From Candidatus Spongiihabitans sp. (lineage in GTDB: Bacteria; Pseudomonadota; Gammaproteobacteria; Arenicellales; Poriferihabitantaceae), in NCBI GenBank assembly GCA_965261335.1, contig OZ253450.1, forward strand, positions 2,438,650 through 2,502,649: a stretch of DNA of 64,000 bases, written 5' to 3'. The notes below the pieces were generated by a model. That model had not been told where the DNA came from. It saw only the letters and a list, made by a program, of their open reading frames with translations, and ran no database searches. The position numbers were made by a program, and so were the translations under genes. This document shows, one piece after another, positions 49,756 through 61,700 of this stretch; position 1 is the first letter of the stretch, and the number at the start of each line of letters is the position of its first letter.

Positions 49756-50922
49756 ATGAAATTATTACACTATGTGGGTATCTTCTCGATTTCATCTGAA
49801 ACATTTATTTATGATTTAATCTGTAATCTTGAAAACGAAGGGCTGGACAATTATGTTTTAAGTCATAAACGGGAGCTTGAAAATGAGCGACCTTTTTCAA
49901 AAATAAAAATAACAAGTGAGCATACGTCTTTTGTGCGTAAAGTGTATTTCCGGCTATGTCGCCCTTGGACAATCAGAAATCAAAAAGAGGTGCTGCAATA
50001 TATCCAAGATTTACAACCTGATTTAATTCATGCACATTTTGGTTATCACGGGGTGAAAATATACAATTTACTCAAACAATATCGTATCAATATTCCTTTG
50101 ATTGTCTCTTTCCACGGTGCGGACATAACTATATATCCACGCAGATGGCTTTATAGGTGCGTATTGTACAAGATGAATTTAGACGATAGGGTTGCTTTCA
50201 CCGCTCCATCGGAGTTCTTAAAAAATAAAATAGCCCAAGTCATAAAATCAAATATCAATAAAATTGATAGGATATACTGCACCTGTAACGATAGATTCAA
50301 TCAAGTGTCAAAGCGCGTGTTTTGGCAGTATGGAAAACCATTAAACCTATTGAACGTGAGTAGATTCAGCGAAGAGAAAGGACAGGTTTATTTAATTAAG
50401 GCATTTAGAAAAGTGGTTGATTTTTATCCCAATAGTCGCTTAACGCTAATCGGCTATGGTTGTTTAGAGGATAAATTAAGACAATGGGTTAAACGGTTAA
50501 AGCTATCGGATAGCGTGGTTTTTATGTGCCAAGTTGAGCATAAAAAACTCCCTGATTTAATGCTCAATTATGACATCTATTTACAACCGTCAATCGTTGG
50601 CAATGATGGTGGACCGGAAACTTTATCGGTATCAACAATCGAAGCACAAACCGTCGGGTTACCCGCTATCGTGAGCCGTATAGGCGGACTGAAAGAGGTG
50701 GTGGTGCATGAACAGAGTGGCTTTTTGATTCCTGCCAACAGTGCAGATGCTATTTTTGACCGTATTCGCTATTATATTCAAAATGAAGCAGTGTTAAGAG
50801 ACCATTCACTTCAGGCACCAAAAAACGCCGATGTGAAATTTAATAGACGATTGATTGTTCAACAATGGATGGCGTTATATGCGGATATTAAAAAACACAA
50901 CAGGATAGGAGATGAGGAATGA
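49756..50922 (+). CDS. GT4 (GT-B fold) glycosyltransferase, probably LPS core
   Basis: FSEEKG, the EX7E region (ETLSVSTIEAQTVGLPAIVS) and its position after waaA. AT-rich. I chose the ATG at 49756. Confidence 0.8.
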   Translation: MKLLHYVGIFSISSETFIYDLICNLENEGLDNYVLSHKRELENERPFSKIKITSEHTSFVRKVYFRLCRPWTIRNQKEVLQYIQDLQPDLIHAHFGYHGVKIYNLLKQYRINIPLIVSFHGADITIYPRRWLYRCVLYKMNLDDRVAFTAPSEFLKNKIAQVIKSNINKIDRIYCTCNDRFNQVSKRVFWQYGKPLNLLNVSRFSEEKGQVYLIKAFRKVVDFYPNSRLTLIGYGCLEDKLRQWVKRLKLSDSVVFMCQVEHKKLPDLMLNYDIYLQPSIVGNDGGPETLSVSTIEAQTVGLPAIVSRIGGLKEVVVHEQSGFLIPANSADAIFDRIRYYIQNEAVLRDHSLQAPKNADVKFNRRLIVQQWMALYADIKKHNRIGDEE

Positions 50923-50942
50923 ACGAGGAAAATCATGCGCAT

Positions 50943-53591
50943 TCACAATTTACCCTCTGCCATCAAATTCTTGCTCACAATTTCATTAACATCGTCTGAT
51001 AGGTTGGTGAGTGCGGAAATGTCCGTGAGTGTTTTTTTCATTTTAGCTTTCAACGCTGGCTTATATTCATTCCAGCCATTCAGGGACGACACCAGTCGTG
51101 CACAAACCTGCGGGTTTAAGGGGTCTAGTTTTTTAACCCAGTGGATGATGAATTGATAACCCGCACCATCTTCAGCATGAAAACAAAATGGATTAGCATG
51201 GGTGAATCCCAGAATCAGCGCATACACTTTGTTTGGATTGGTAAAATCAAAACTTGGATGATGAGTTAAATTTTCTACCTTGGATAAGGTCGATTCATGT
51301 GCGAAAGTAGCCTGTGCGCGAAACCACTTGTTCAATACTAAAGGCTCGGATTTCCACTGTTCGGCAAACTCATCCATAATCTGTTGTTTGTCGTCTCGTA
51401 GTGACCGAGCAATAAAATTGATTGCGGATGCGGAGTCGGTCATACAGCGGGCATTTTGTAATTGTGTCAGACAGAGCAAGCGTGCGTCATCATCATCGAG
51501 CGTATTGAGGTAATCTAGGCAGCTATCCCGTAGGCTACGCGCTGCCATTTCTATGGCAACGGGTTGTCCGCTGTTGAGTGACTGACACTGATGGTAACAA
51601 GCCAGCAATTCTTCTTTGGCGGCAGTTGCTAACTGCATTTTTAATTGTCTTTTTGCCAATTCAATTGCGGTTGGGTCAATCGGGGATACCTGTTCGTTGA
51701 TATAGGTGGTGGCAGGCAGGGTGAGTAGCTTGGAGAGCGTAGCATGGTCATCTGTAGTTTTGCTGAGTGTGCTACGAAATATCCGACAAAGTCGCGCATT
51801 CTCGCCGCCATGCCCATTTTGTTGAATCGTATCAATATCATTAAGCAGTTGTTTGAGAAACAATTTTTGAGCCGCTTCCCAGCGATTAAACGGGTCGTCA
51901 TCGTGTATTAAGAGCATTTCTAGTTGCTCATCACTGAGGGTTATATTCATCTCGACCGGGGCACTGAATCCTCTGAGTAAGGAAGGAATGGGCGGACTGT
52001 GAATGTCAGTAATTGTGTAAGTTTGCTCGGGCTGGTCGAGAATGAGGGTCAGCTCCTCCACGTCATCGTTCAATAACAGTTTTTCACCCGTGCTACTGAA
52101 TAAAGCGGTTTTGACAGGAATGACAAAGGGCTGTTTGGTTTCTTGTGTCGGCGTGGTTGGGCAGGTTTGACGCATTTTTATATGGTAGCAAGCCTGTGCA
52201 TGGTCAAAGTGGGTGTCCACTTCCAGTCGTGGGGTGCCAGACTGAGAATACCAATTTTTGAATTGCGTTAAATCCTGATTACTGACCGTTTCCATCGCAT
52301 CGATAAACTCATCGGTGGTGACTGCCTGACCATCGTATTTCTCAAAATAGAAGTCGGTTGCCTGACGAAATAACGCACCACCAAGCATGGTCTGAATCAT
52401 GCGTACCACTTCTGCCCCTTTGTTATACACCGTTGCGGTGTATAAATTGTTGATTTCCTGATAACAATCGGGTCGTACGGAATGTGCCATCGGGCTGTTG
52501 TCCTCGTTAAACTGATGGGCACGCAGGTCATTCACATCATCAATCCGCTTGACACCATAGGAACCCATGTCCGCGCTGAACGTCTGGTCCCGAAATACGG
52601 TAAAGCCTTCCTTTAAGCTCAACTGAAACCAATCGCGGCAGGTCACGCGATTGCCCGACCAATTATGAAAATATTCATGCCCGATTACACTTTCAACATG
52701 CTCGAAATCATCATCCGTTGCCATTGCTGAGTCGGCTAATACATACTGGGTATTAAAAATGTTGAGGCTTTTATTTTCCATTGCCCCCATATTGAAATCG
52801 TCCACTGCGACGACATGAAATAGGTCAAGATCATATTCTCTGCCATAGACCTGTTCGTCCCAGCGCATGGCATGTTTTAATGATGTCATTGCATGGTCGC
52901 ATTTTTCAATGTCTCGGGCACGAGCATAAAACTTCAAGGTGACAATACGCCCGCTCATGGTTTCAAAATGGTCTTCGAGACAGTTTAATTTTCCGGCCAC
53001 GATGGCGAATAGATAGGTTGGCTTGGGAAAAGGGTCATGCCAGCGCGTGTAATGACGTTCTCCATTGCACCCCTTGACGACACCGCTTTCGACGAGATTA
53101 CCATTGCACAACAACACTGGGAAGGTTGCTTTGTCAGCACTGAGTTTGACCGTGTATGTTGTCAGGTTATCTGGTCGATCAATGGCGGGGGTAATTCGTC
53201 GATAGCCCTCTGCCTCACATTGCGTGCAGAGCATGTCGGCTGATTGATACAATCCACTTAATGCCGTGTTTTTCGATGGATCAATCGTGTTTACGATGTC
53301 CAGCGTAAAGCGTTTTGGAGCATCATAAATTATGAGGAGATGATCTGTTTGCTTAAATTGGTCGGGCTCAAGTTGCTGTCCATTCACCGCAATGTGTTGC
53401 ACTAGCATGCGTTCACAATGTAATTTTAAGTGATTCGCATCCACATTCTTTTGCACGACTTCATGGTGTGCTTGTACGACGGTTTCCGTAAACGCTAAGG
53501 CGATGTCAAGGTCAGAATGGGTAATGACAAAATCAGATTGTCGATAATCTTTGAGATAGGTCGTGGTCGGGGATTGAGACTTGGTAGGCAT
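50943..53591 (-). CDS. pepN: aminopeptidase N
   Basis: 882 aa. GAMEN and HEYFHNWSGNRVTCRDWFQLSLKEG (HExxH-X18-E). Confidence 0.96.
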   Translation of the reverse strand: MPTKSQSPTTTYLKDYRQSDFVITHSDLDIALAFTETVVQAHHEVVQKNVDANHLKLHCERMLVQHIAVNGQQLEPDQFKQTDHLLIIYDAPKRFTLDIVNTIDPSKNTALSGLYQSADMLCTQCEAEGYRRITPAIDRPDNLTTYTVKLSADKATFPVLLCNGNLVESGVVKGCNGERHYTRWHDPFPKPTYLFAIVAGKLNCLEDHFETMSGRIVTLKFYARARDIEKCDHAMTSLKHAMRWDEQVYGREYDLDLFHVVAVDDFNMGAMENKSLNIFNTQYVLADSAMATDDDFEHVESVIGHEYFHNWSGNRVTCRDWFQLSLKEGFTVFRDQTFSADMGSYGVKRIDDVNDLRAHQFNEDNSPMAHSVRPDCYQEINNLYTATVYNKGAEVVRMIQTMLGGALFRQATDFYFEKYDGQAVTTDEFIDAMETVSNQDLTQFKNWYSQSGTPRLEVDTHFDHAQACYHIKMRQTCPTTPTQETKQPFVIPVKTALFSSTGEKLLLNDDVEELTLILDQPEQTYTITDIHSPPIPSLLRGFSAPVEMNITLSDEQLEMLLIHDDDPFNRWEAAQKLFLKQLLNDIDTIQQNGHGGENARLCRIFRSTLSKTTDDHATLSKLLTLPATTYINEQVSPIDPTAIELAKRQLKMQLATAAKEELLACYHQCQSLNSGQPVAIEMAARSLRDSCLDYLNTLDDDDARLLCLTQLQNARCMTDSASAINFIARSLRDDKQQIMDEFAEQWKSEPLVLNKWFRAQATFAHESTLSKVENLTHHPSFDFTNPNKVYALILGFTHANPFCFHAEDGAGYQFIIHWVKKLDPLNPQVCARLVSSLNGWNEYKPALKAKMKKTLTDISALTNLSDDVNEIVSKNLMAEGKL

Positions 53592-53697
53592 TGCAGATAG
53601 CGTATCATTTGATGGATAAGAAAACGAGCCGTGAACGCCAAGCGTCAGGATTGTTCAATAAAGCAATCAGTAAAATCAGGTAATAAAATAGGGTGAT

Positions 53698-54021
53698 TTA
53701 GCGTTCCAGATACTGTAATTTATCCTTAACATCTTGCCATTTTTCCCACTCATTAGCGGGTGATTTCATTTCCGCAATGACCGGCCAAGTCTCGCTTAAC
53801 TCGGCATTGAGTTGCAGAAAATGCTGTTGATCTTTCGGCAATTCATCTTCCGAATAAATCGCATTGACTGGGCATTCCGGTTCGCACAAACTGCAATCAA
53901 TACACTCCTCGGGGTCGATAACCAAAAAGTTAGGTCCCTCATGGAAGCAATCGACTGGACACACTTCAACACAGTCGGTCAGTTTACAGCGAATACACGA
54001 TTCGCCTACCACATAAGTCAT
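53698..54021 (-). CDS. fdxA: 7Fe ferredoxin (Azotobacter FdxA type)
   Basis: [29 protein letters not shown]...[16 protein letters not shown]. Confidence 0.9.
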   Translation of the reverse strand: MTYVVGESCIRCKLTDCVEVCPVDCFHEGPNFLVIDPEECIDCSLCEPECPVNAIYSEDELPKDQQHFLQLNAELSETWPVIAEMKSPANEWEKWQDVKDKLQYLER

Positions 54022-54153
54022 TTTTGACAAGCTCCAGTATCTAGTTTGTAGAGGGGGGGTATTGTATGTATTATCATGACTTGGGTACAGTGAGGCAGGC
54101 TGTTTTTATAACAATTTATTGTAGTGCGTTACTATGGATTGTCTTTGTTCGTA

Positions 54154-56760
54154 TCAGTTGGAGACGTGCTTTACCAATTTAGTCAGTTCATACAAAATAT
54201 CCAATGCTTCACGCGGGGAAATTTGGTCGGTGACGAGATTTTTTAAGCGCGCAATGGCGGCTTGTTCTTCTGGTCGGTTATCGGTAAACAGACTGGATTG
54301 TGCATTGCTTGAGTTGTTGTTGGCATTGCTCTCGTATTGATTCTCCAGACTATGTAGTTTGGTGCGGGAATGTTCTATTACGGCATCGGGTACGCCAGCA
54401 AGACGAGCCACCTGCAGACCATAACTTTGGCTGGCTGGTCCGTTTTTGACGCTGTATAAAAACACGATGTTGTTACCATGCTCAACCGCATCGAGGTGGA
54501 CATTGCTGGCTGATTCGAGTTGCTCGGTGAGTGCGGTAAGCTCGAAATAATGGGTTGAAAACAAGGTAAATGACTTGACCCGATTGGCTAAGTCTCGGGC
54601 ACATGCCCAAGCGAGTGCTAAGCCATCAAAGGTACTCGTGCCACGCCCGATTTCGTCCACCAATACGAGGCTGGATGGCGTTGCATTACGGAGAATATGT
54701 GCCATTTCAGTCATTTCCACCATAAATGTTGAGCGTCCTCCGGCAAGATCATCGGCAGCACCAATACGGGTATAAATGCGGTCAATCGGGCCGATGTCGG
54801 CGGATTTTGCGGGTATGAAGGCACCCGTATAGGCGAGTAGAGTAATAATGGCAACCTGACGCATATAAGTGCTTTTGCCGCCCATATTCGGTCCGGTAAT
54901 GATTTGCATTTTTGATGTTGTATCGAGGTTCACCGAATTGGCAATAAAATCACTTTCAAGCATGCGCTCAACAACGGGATGACGACCCTCTGATATGACT
55001 AAAATCGGCTGTTCGACTAAATTTGGGCGGGTTAATTTTAAGGATAGTGCGCGTTCGGCATAGTTATTCAAACAATCCAAGATGGCTAACGCATTCGCAC
55101 ATTGCAATAAGTCGGAGACTTGCGGAATCAATGTTTCGAGTAGCGCACTATAAAGCCACTTCTCGCGTGCCAATGCCTTGCTTTTCGCGCTCAGAATCTG
55201 GTCTTCAAATACTTTCAATTCCTCAGTCACAAACCGTTCCGCATTTTTGATGGTTTGACGGCGAATGTATTCTGCCGGAACCTGCTCCGATTTAGAGCGC
55301 GGCAGCTCAATATAATAGCCATGCACACGGTTATATTTGATTCGTAGAGTATTGACTCCAGTACGTTCCTTTTCCTGTGTTTCAAGTTTAATCAGAAAAT
55401 CGCTGGAATCGCGTTGTAGATGACGCAATTCGCCGAGTTGTGCGTCATATTCATCGCGTAAAACACCACCATCGCGAATAATGCTAGGAGGCTCATCCTT
55501 TATCGCGCACGCTAATAGTTCGCAGGATTCGGGGCGGGTAGCGAGTGCGGGGAGGAGGGATTGTAGTAGCTCGGAAGAGGTCGAGTTGATGAGTGCGTTT
55601 ATTTCCGGCAATGTGGTAAGTGCATTTTTAAGCCGTACCAAATCACGCGGTCGTGCAGTTTTCATGGCTACTCGGGCAAGCACCCGCTCCATGTCGCCGA
55701 TTCGTTTTAACAATGGTTTGAATACGTTGTATCGTTGATCCTGTAACAGCCAGTCGGTCGCATCATGCCGTTGTCTTAGTTGCTGGCAGTTTCGGGTTGG
55801 ACCATTAAACCATCTGCGTAGCATTCGCGCCCCCATCGGCGTATCGCAACGATCAAATAGTTTAATCAGGGAAAGCCCCTGTTTGCTATCTCGAGTAGTT
55901 TCAATTTCCAGATTTTTACGGCTAACGGCATCGATAATGACGGTGCTGTTTTGTTGCTCATAGTCAATACCAGTGATATGTGGCGTGGCATCGCCATGTA
56001 AATCTCGGATATAGCGTATCAATGCGCCAGCGGCACGAGTCGCAACAGGAAAGTGGGCGCCGCCAAACGCGCTCAGATTTTGTGTGGCAAAGGTCTCACA
56101 TAAAACCTGATGGGCACGCTGTTCATCGAAATACCAATCGGGAATTTCGGTTTCCCTAGGTCGCTCAAACAGCCCTAATTGATTTCCCCCGACTAGAATC
56201 TCCGCGACATTCAGGCGTAACATATCACCAGATAGGTGTTCCGGGTTATCAATTTCAAATGCTGTGAAACGACCGCTGGAAACTTCCAAACTCGCAATGC
56301 CAATTTTTCCATTGTGGCTAAATAACGCTGTGGTAATGTTTTCCTGTCGGTCGTCAAGCAGGCTTTCTTCGGTTAATGTTCCGGGCGTAATGACACGGAC
56401 GACTTTTCGTTCGACCGGACCCTTAGACGTATTGGGATTGCCGATTTGTTCACAAATCGCAACAGAAACTTGTTGTTTAACCAGTTTTTCTAGATATTGG
56501 TCAACGCAGTGAAACGGTACGCCAGCCATCGGAATCGGAATCCCTGCTGTTTTTCCTCGAGCGGTCAGGGTAATGTCCAATAATTTCACCACTTTTTCGG
56601 CATCATCGAAAAAGAGTTCATAAAAATCTCCCATGCGGTAAAACAATAAGGTGTCCGGATAATCCGCCTTGATACCGAGATATTGCCGTATCATCGGTGT
56701 ATGAGATTCTATATTACCGAGTGCTTGTGTGGTTTTAGAGGTTGATACTGTCTTATTCAT
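54154..56760 (-). CDS. mutS: DNA mismatch repair protein MutS
   Basis: 868 aa. [18 protein letters not shown], Walker [10 protein letters not shown] and [12 protein letters not shown]. Confidence 0.97.
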   Translation of the reverse strand: MNKTVSTSKTTQALGNIESHTPMIRQYLGIKADYPDTLLFYRMGDFYELFFDDAEKVVKLLDITLTARGKTAGIPIPMAGVPFHCVDQYLEKLVKQQVSVAICEQIGNPNTSKGPVERKVVRVITPGTLTEESLLDDRQENITTALFSHNGKIGIASLEVSSGRFTAFEIDNPEHLSGDMLRLNVAEILVGGNQLGLFERPRETEIPDWYFDEQRAHQVLCETFATQNLSAFGGAHFPVATRAAGALIRYIRDLHGDATPHITGIDYEQQNSTVIIDAVSRKNLEIETTRDSKQGLSLIKLFDRCDTPMGARMLRRWFNGPTRNCQQLRQRHDATDWLLQDQRYNVFKPLLKRIGDMERVLARVAMKTARPRDLVRLKNALTTLPEINALINSTSSELLQSLLPALATRPESCELLACAIKDEPPSIIRDGGVLRDEYDAQLGELRHLQRDSSDFLIKLETQEKERTGVNTLRIKYNRVHGYYIELPRSKSEQVPAEYIRRQTIKNAERFVTEELKVFEDQILSAKSKALAREKWLYSALLETLIPQVSDLLQCANALAILDCLNNYAERALSLKLTRPNLVEQPILVISEGRHPVVERMLESDFIANSVNLDTTSKMQIITGPNMGGKSTYMRQVAIITLLAYTGAFIPAKSADIGPIDRIYTRIGAADDLAGGRSTFMVEMTEMAHILRNATPSSLVLVDEIGRGTSTFDGLALAWACARDLANRVKSFTLFSTHYFELTALTEQLESASNVHLDAVEHGNNIVFLYSVKNGPASQSYGLQVARLAGVPDAVIEHSRTKLHSLENQYESNANNNSSNAQSSLFTDNRPEEQAAIARLKNLVTDQISPREALDILYELTKLVKHVSN

Positions 56761-56834
56761 TATGCAGTTTCGATGAGCAGGTTTACCGGTTTAAGTGTTG
56801 AGTTTTAATTTTTGTTTATTATCAAGAATCGCTT

Positions 56835-57656
56835 TTATCCGTCGGGTGGCTTTGGAGTGCCGAGTTTTGGTTTGATGAGTGTCGTCAGCTCGTTAAACAG
56901 AGATGGGTTGGCTGCGATGATATTACCATTTTCCAGAAAATTCTGATTACCATCGAAATCTGCGACCAGTCCCTTTGCCTCACGCACTAGCAGGCTACCA
57001 GCCGCCACATCCCAGATATCCAAATTGGGTTGCCAAAAAGCATCCGTGCGTCCACATGCGACACTGGCAAGATCTAATGCCGCAGACCCCGAATGCCGAA
57101 TGCTGGCAATTTTGGGCAGTAGCGATCGGAAACATTTTAGCCAGTTGTCAAAATGCACTATATTTACATTGGGATAACCGACAGAAACGATACTTTGTCG
57201 CATAGAAACATGCCCGTGCATGTGTAGTCGGCGGTTGTTTAATAGTGCCCCTTGACCGCGTGAGGCAGTGAATATTTCGTCCCGCATGGGGTCAAAAATA
57301 ACGCCATGCTCTATTCTGCCTTGATGACGTACCGCTATCGAAACGGCGAAATTGGGATTACCATGCAGAAAGTTTGTTGTACCATCTAGCGGGTCAATAA
57401 TCCATTCAAACTCCCCCCGATGCTCGGCGGCTGGCGAATATTGACTACCACTTTCCTCAGCGAGGATGGCGTGGTCGGGATAGAGGTAGTGAATGGTATC
57501 CACGATATCCTCTTCTGCCATGCGGTCAATATCACTGACAAAATCATTTCTGCTTTTTTCCTGCACCGATAGCTGATCGATACGATCTATGTATCGCAGG
57601 ATGATACTGCCTGCACGGCGTGCTGCCTTTATTGCGGTATTAACGAGTGGGTTCAT
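56835..57656 (-). CDS. suhB: inositol monophosphatase family protein
   Basis: LAEESG, WIIDPLDGTTNF and WDVAAG. Confidence 0.92.
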   Translation of the reverse strand: MNPLVNTAIKAARRAGSIILRYIDRIDQLSVQEKSRNDFVSDIDRMAEEDIVDTIHYLYPDHAILAEESGSQYSPAAEHRGEFEWIIDPLDGTTNFLHGNPNFAVSIAVRHQGRIEHGVIFDPMRDEIFTASRGQGALLNNRRLHMHGHVSMRQSIVSVGYPNVNIVHFDNWLKCFRSLLPKIASIRHSGSAALDLASVACGRTDAFWQPNLDIWDVAAGSLLVREAKGLVADFDGNQNFLENGNIIAANPSLFNELTTLIKPKLGTPKPPDG

Positions 57657-57899
57657 TGTTCAGCCGTGTGGTTGTTGGAATAATCAATATTTTTATTTCT
57701 AGGATTATTCCTTTGATGAGCAGTATAAGGCAGAAATGCCCAATTTTTTATATTAAAAAAAGACCTTTGTGTAATTCAAAATGTTGGCAGAAGCCTGTTC
57801 CTATTGCGACAAGAATGTCGTTTTTAACGAAAATACAGGAGCATTTTGTCGCTAATCTGATTTATGCAGAGGTCTCTAAAAGTCTCATATCTATATGAG

Positions 57900-58062
57900 C
57901 CTAGACAATCGGTGCAACACTTCATTAAGTTAGCCAACAGGGTACGCTCGTACTCTTTTTAACTCACGGAAAATAAGGAGCGAAACATAACGAGATATAC
58001 CCATTTAACTACATGAAAGATACCACATTATTGAGCACGTGAATAAGCAAAATTATACACCG
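57900..58062 (+). repeat. degenerate fragment of the IS30-like element (TIR plus first ~35 codons, ATG mutated to ATA)
   Basis: GGTGCAACAC...GGGTACGCTCGTACTCTTTT...ACGAGATATACCCATTT aligns with the reverse complement of 22790..22915. It is followed by an IS5-type TIR 13-mer GAGACTTTTGCAC (58062-58074). Confidence 0.65.
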
Positions 58063-58392
58063 AGACTTTTGCACGAGCTGGAGTTTGTTTGCTAGAACAA
58101 GAAAAGTCGCACGGTTAATGAGAGAGGTTATATTATCTTAATGAGCGATTGAGTCCGTTTTTGACACCGAGATAGGGAATATGCTGGGGCACTAGCGGCA
58201 TATTTATCAACGTACGCGCTTTGATTTGCGCTCCATGCGCTAGTTTTTGCCATCTGCATCAGTGATTCATTTTCAATTCTGCTCCCATTTCCAATTTATA
58301 TTGTGGCATAATCGGGCGCACAAAAAAACTGGTCGCAAAATATCGGGCGACCATGACAAATATTCGACTCACCTTTAATTACAGGAATTAAC

Positions 58393-58719
58393 ATGAATTT
58401 TCTGATTTCAGACGCTTGGGCACAAGAGGGTGGCGGGCTATTCGGTGGTGGAATCGCTGGTTTTCTGCCAATGATTCTTATCTTTGTGATATTCTATTTT
58501 CTATTGATTCGACCTCAGCAAAAACGTGCTAAAGAACATAAAGCCATGGTCGCTGCTGTAGAAAAGGGCGATGAAATCGTGACCAATGGCGGGGCTTTGG
58601 GCAAGGTTGCTGATGTGGATGATAACTTTGTTTCTGTGGAAATTGCCACGGGTGTTACCATTCAGGTTCAGCGTGCTGCGATAGCGCAAATGATGCCTAA
58701 AGGCACGGTTAAACATTAG
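58393..58719 (+). CDS. yajC: preprotein translocase subunit YajC
   Basis: LIRPQQKRAKEHKAMV...GDEIVTNGGALGKV. Confidence 0.93.
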   Translation: MNFLISDAWAQEGGGLFGGGIAGFLPMILIFVIFYFLLIRPQQKRAKEHKAMVAAVEKGDEIVTNGGALGKVADVDDNFVSVEIATGVTIQVQRAAIAQMMPKGTVKH

Positions 58720-58776
58720 GTCAGGTTGACCATTGTTTGCCGTATTTTGTTATTAACCTCTTAACTTCAATTCGTT

Positions 58777-60660
58777 ATGCTTAACCAAACTGCCGGGTGG
58801 AAATTCTTGGTGATTATTGCCGTTGTCGTGTTGGGGCTACTGTACGCTTTGCCGAATATCTTTGGTAGCGATCCGGGCATTCAGATACGCGGTGCACGCG
58901 GGTTGAGTATTGAGTATTCGATACTCGATCAGGTGCAGACGGTATTGGATGCCGAGACGATTACGGTGAAAGCCATTTTACAGGATGAAAAGGGAATTAA
59001 AATTCGCTTTGAAAACGATGAAGCGCAATTGCGCGCTAAAGAGTTAATCGAAAAGGAACTGGGAACGGGGTATTCATCGGCGTTGACCTTGCTCAGTGGG
59101 GCACCAAGCTGGCTCACCGAGCTAGGTATTTTGCCGATGTATTTGGGGCTTGATTTGCGTGGTGGTGTCCATTTCCTCTTGCAGGTGGATATGCAGAGTG
59201 CGATTGATAGTGCGCAAGAACGTTATAAAGATAACATAAAGCAGATTTTGCGCGAGAATAAATTGCGTTATCGGGCAGTCACGCTGAATCCGCAAGGGCA
59301 ACTGGAAACGACCATTCGCAACCCGTCTCATCGGCAACAAGCCTATGATTTGCTGAGCGAGGAGTTTCCCGATTTGGAGATTAGTACGGATGATACTCGT
59401 GCGGAAGTTATTTTAGCGCAAACGAGCCAGGATCAAATTGATGAGATTAAGAAGTTTGCGCTCGAACAAAACCTGTCGGCATTACGCAATCGAGTTGATC
59501 AACTCGGTGTGGCAGAGCCGGTGGTGCAACAGCAGGGGAATGACCGTATTGTCATACAGCTACCGGGTGTGCAGGACACGGCGCGGGCAAAAGCGATTCT
59601 GGGCAGAGCGGCGACGCTTGAAATGCACTTGGTGGACGAAAAAAATAATACATCAGCAGTCGCTTCCGGGCAGGCACCATCTGGTTCGAGAATTTTCAAA
59701 TTCCGTAATGGTGAGAAAATTTTACTTCAAAAGCAGGTTATTTATTCCGGCAACAGCATTGTTGATGCGGCTGCCAGTTTGGATTCTCAAACGGGCAGTC
59801 CCATCGTGAGTATCACGCTCGATTCTGCCGCTGCCACCATCAATAGCCGTGTGACCGGCGAAAATATCAATAACCGTATGGCAGTGGTGTATATTGAGCT
59901 TATCTCCGCAATCAAGAGAGCGGCTGATGGCAGTATTGTTCTCGATGACGAGGGTCGGCCAGCGCGAGTCACACGTCGTGTAGAAGAAGTATTAACCGCG
60001 CCGGTAATTCGTGATCAGCTAGGCAAGCGGTATCAGATTGAAGGGCTCGATTCGGTTGAAGAAGCGCGTGATTTATCATTGATGTTGCGTTCTGGGGCAC
60101 TGGCAGCACCCGTTGAAATCATCGAAGAGCGTACTGTAGGCCCTAGCTTAGGGCAGGCAAATATCAGTCAAGGTTTTCTTTCGGTCATGATTGGATTTCT
60201 GTTAGTGTTGATTTTTATGCTGTTCTATTACCGCGTATTTGGTTTTACGGCGGTGGTGGCGTTGACGTTGAATTTAGTCCTCATCGTGGCGGTTTTGTCC
60301 TTGCTTCAGGCCACCCTCACCCTGCCGGGTATCGCTGGTGTAGTGCTAACGGTCGGCATGGCAGTCGATGCCAACGTGCTAATATTTGAGCGTATTCGCG
60401 AAGAAGTTCGCAATGGGAACTCGCCTCAGGCAAGTATTCACTTGGGCTACGATCGTGCCCTGGCAACCATTGTCGATGCCAATATCACCACATTGATTGC
60501 AGCGATTGTTTTGTTTAATTTTGGTACCGGTCCGATTAAAGGATTCGCAGTTACTTTAAGCATCGGTATTATAACTTCAATGTTTACCGCAATCATGCTG
60601 ACCAGAATGCTGATTAACCTGTTCTATGGCGGTAAGACGGTCAAAAAATTAGCCATTTAA
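58777..60660 (+). CDS. secD: protein translocase subunit SecD
   Basis: 627 aa. LGLDLRGGVHFLL and a C-terminal 6-TM domain with VDANVLIFERIREE. Confidence 0.96.
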   Translation: MLNQTAGWKFLVIIAVVVLGLLYALPNIFGSDPGIQIRGARGLSIEYSILDQVQTVLDAETITVKAILQDEKGIKIRFENDEAQLRAKELIEKELGTGYSSALTLLSGAPSWLTELGILPMYLGLDLRGGVHFLLQVDMQSAIDSAQERYKDNIKQILRENKLRYRAVTLNPQGQLETTIRNPSHRQQAYDLLSEEFPDLEISTDDTRAEVILAQTSQDQIDEIKKFALEQNLSALRNRVDQLGVAEPVVQQQGNDRIVIQLPGVQDTARAKAILGRAATLEMHLVDEKNNTSAVASGQAPSGSRIFKFRNGEKILLQKQVIYSGNSIVDAAASLDSQTGSPIVSITLDSAAATINSRVTGENINNRMAVVYIELISAIKRAADGSIVLDDEGRPARVTRRVEEVLTAPVIRDQLGKRYQIEGLDSVEEARDLSLMLRSGALAAPVEIIEERTVGPSLGQANISQGFLSVMIGFLLVLIFMLFYYRVFGFTAVVALTLNLVLIVAVLSLLQATLTLPGIAGVVLTVGMAVDANVLIFERIREEVRNGNSPQASIHLGYDRALATIVDANITTLIAAIVLFNFGTGPIKGFAVTLSIGIITSMFTAIMLTRMLINLFYGGKTVKKLAI

Positions 60661-60672
60661 TTCGTTTCTGAC

Positions 60673-61683
60673 ATGGAAATACTAAAAAAACAAACCCATT
60701 TTAACTTTCTCGGTCAGCGGAAAATCGCCCTGGTTATTTCCAGCGTACTGATAATGCTCAGTGTTGCCAGTTTTTTTACCAAAGGATTGAATTTTGGTAT
60801 CGACTTTACCGGTGGTACGCTGGTGGAAGTGGGCTACCAGAACGCCGTACAAATTGAATCGGTTAGAGCAACATTGCAGGATAATGGCTTTGATGATGCG
60901 GTGGTACAGCATTTTGGTACCCCACGAGATGTGATGGTGCGTCTGCCGACGACTGTTTCCCATGAAAACGTCAATGCTGCGGAAATAAGCAATAGCGTGA
61001 TGACCGCATTACGTCGCCCATTCGATGAGGTGCTGATCGAGTCGTCTCAATCTGACCAACAACAATGCGTTTTTAATGATGCGATTGTGGCTTGTCAAGT
61101 GCAAATGCGGCGGGTCGAATTTGTTGGCCCACAGGTGGGAGACGAATTGGCAAACGAGGGCGGCTTGGCCATGTTATACGCCTTGATTGGTATTCTGATT
61201 TACGTTACGTTTCGTTTTGAATGGCGCTTTGCCTTGGGCTCGGTTATCGCACTTGCTCACGATGTGATCATTACCGTGGGCGTGTTCTCGCTATTTCAAC
61301 TGGATTTTTCCTTGCCGGTACTCGCTGCTATGCTGGCAGTAATCGGCTATTCTCTGAACGATACCATTGTGGTCTATGACCGTATTCGCGAAAATTTTCG
61401 CAAAATGCGTAAAAACACGGTCCTGGAAATTATGAATGTTGCCATTAACCAGACGCTACCACGGACAATACTGACCTCGATGACGACCTTGCTGGTTGTG
61501 GTTACATTGTTATTATTAGGCGGCGAGGTCATTCGTGGCTTCTCACTGGCATTGTTTATTGGCGTTATCGTGGGAACTTATTCATCGGTTTTTGTCGCCA
61601 GCCCGATTGTGATGATGTTTAACATCACCCGAGAGGACATGATGCCAGTGCAAAAAGAAGGTGCGGAAACGGATATGCCGTAA
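60673..61683 (+). CDS. secF: protein translocase subunit SecF
   Basis: GIDFTGGT and LNDTIVVYDRIREN. Confidence 0.95.
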   Translation: MEILKKQTHFNFLGQRKIALVISSVLIMLSVASFFTKGLNFGIDFTGGTLVEVGYQNAVQIESVRATLQDNGFDDAVVQHFGTPRDVMVRLPTTVSHENVNAAEISNSVMTALRRPFDEVLIESSQSDQQQCVFNDAIVACQVQMRRVEFVGPQVGDELANEGGLAMLYALIGILIYVTFRFEWRFALGSVIALAHDVIITVGVFSLFQLDFSLPVLAAMLAVIGYSLNDTIVVYDRIRENFRKMRKNTVLEIMNVAINQTLPRTILTSMTTLLVVVTLLLLGGEVIRGFSLALFIGVIVGTYSSVFVASPIVMMFNITREDMMPVQKEGAETDMP

Positions 61684-61700
61684 TTTATGAATTACATTAT

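Noticed and set aside
57657-57898. 83-aa ORF upstream of suhB on the opposite strand
   Set aside because: It has no SD and no domain, shows intergenic composition and runs into the IS30 remnant.
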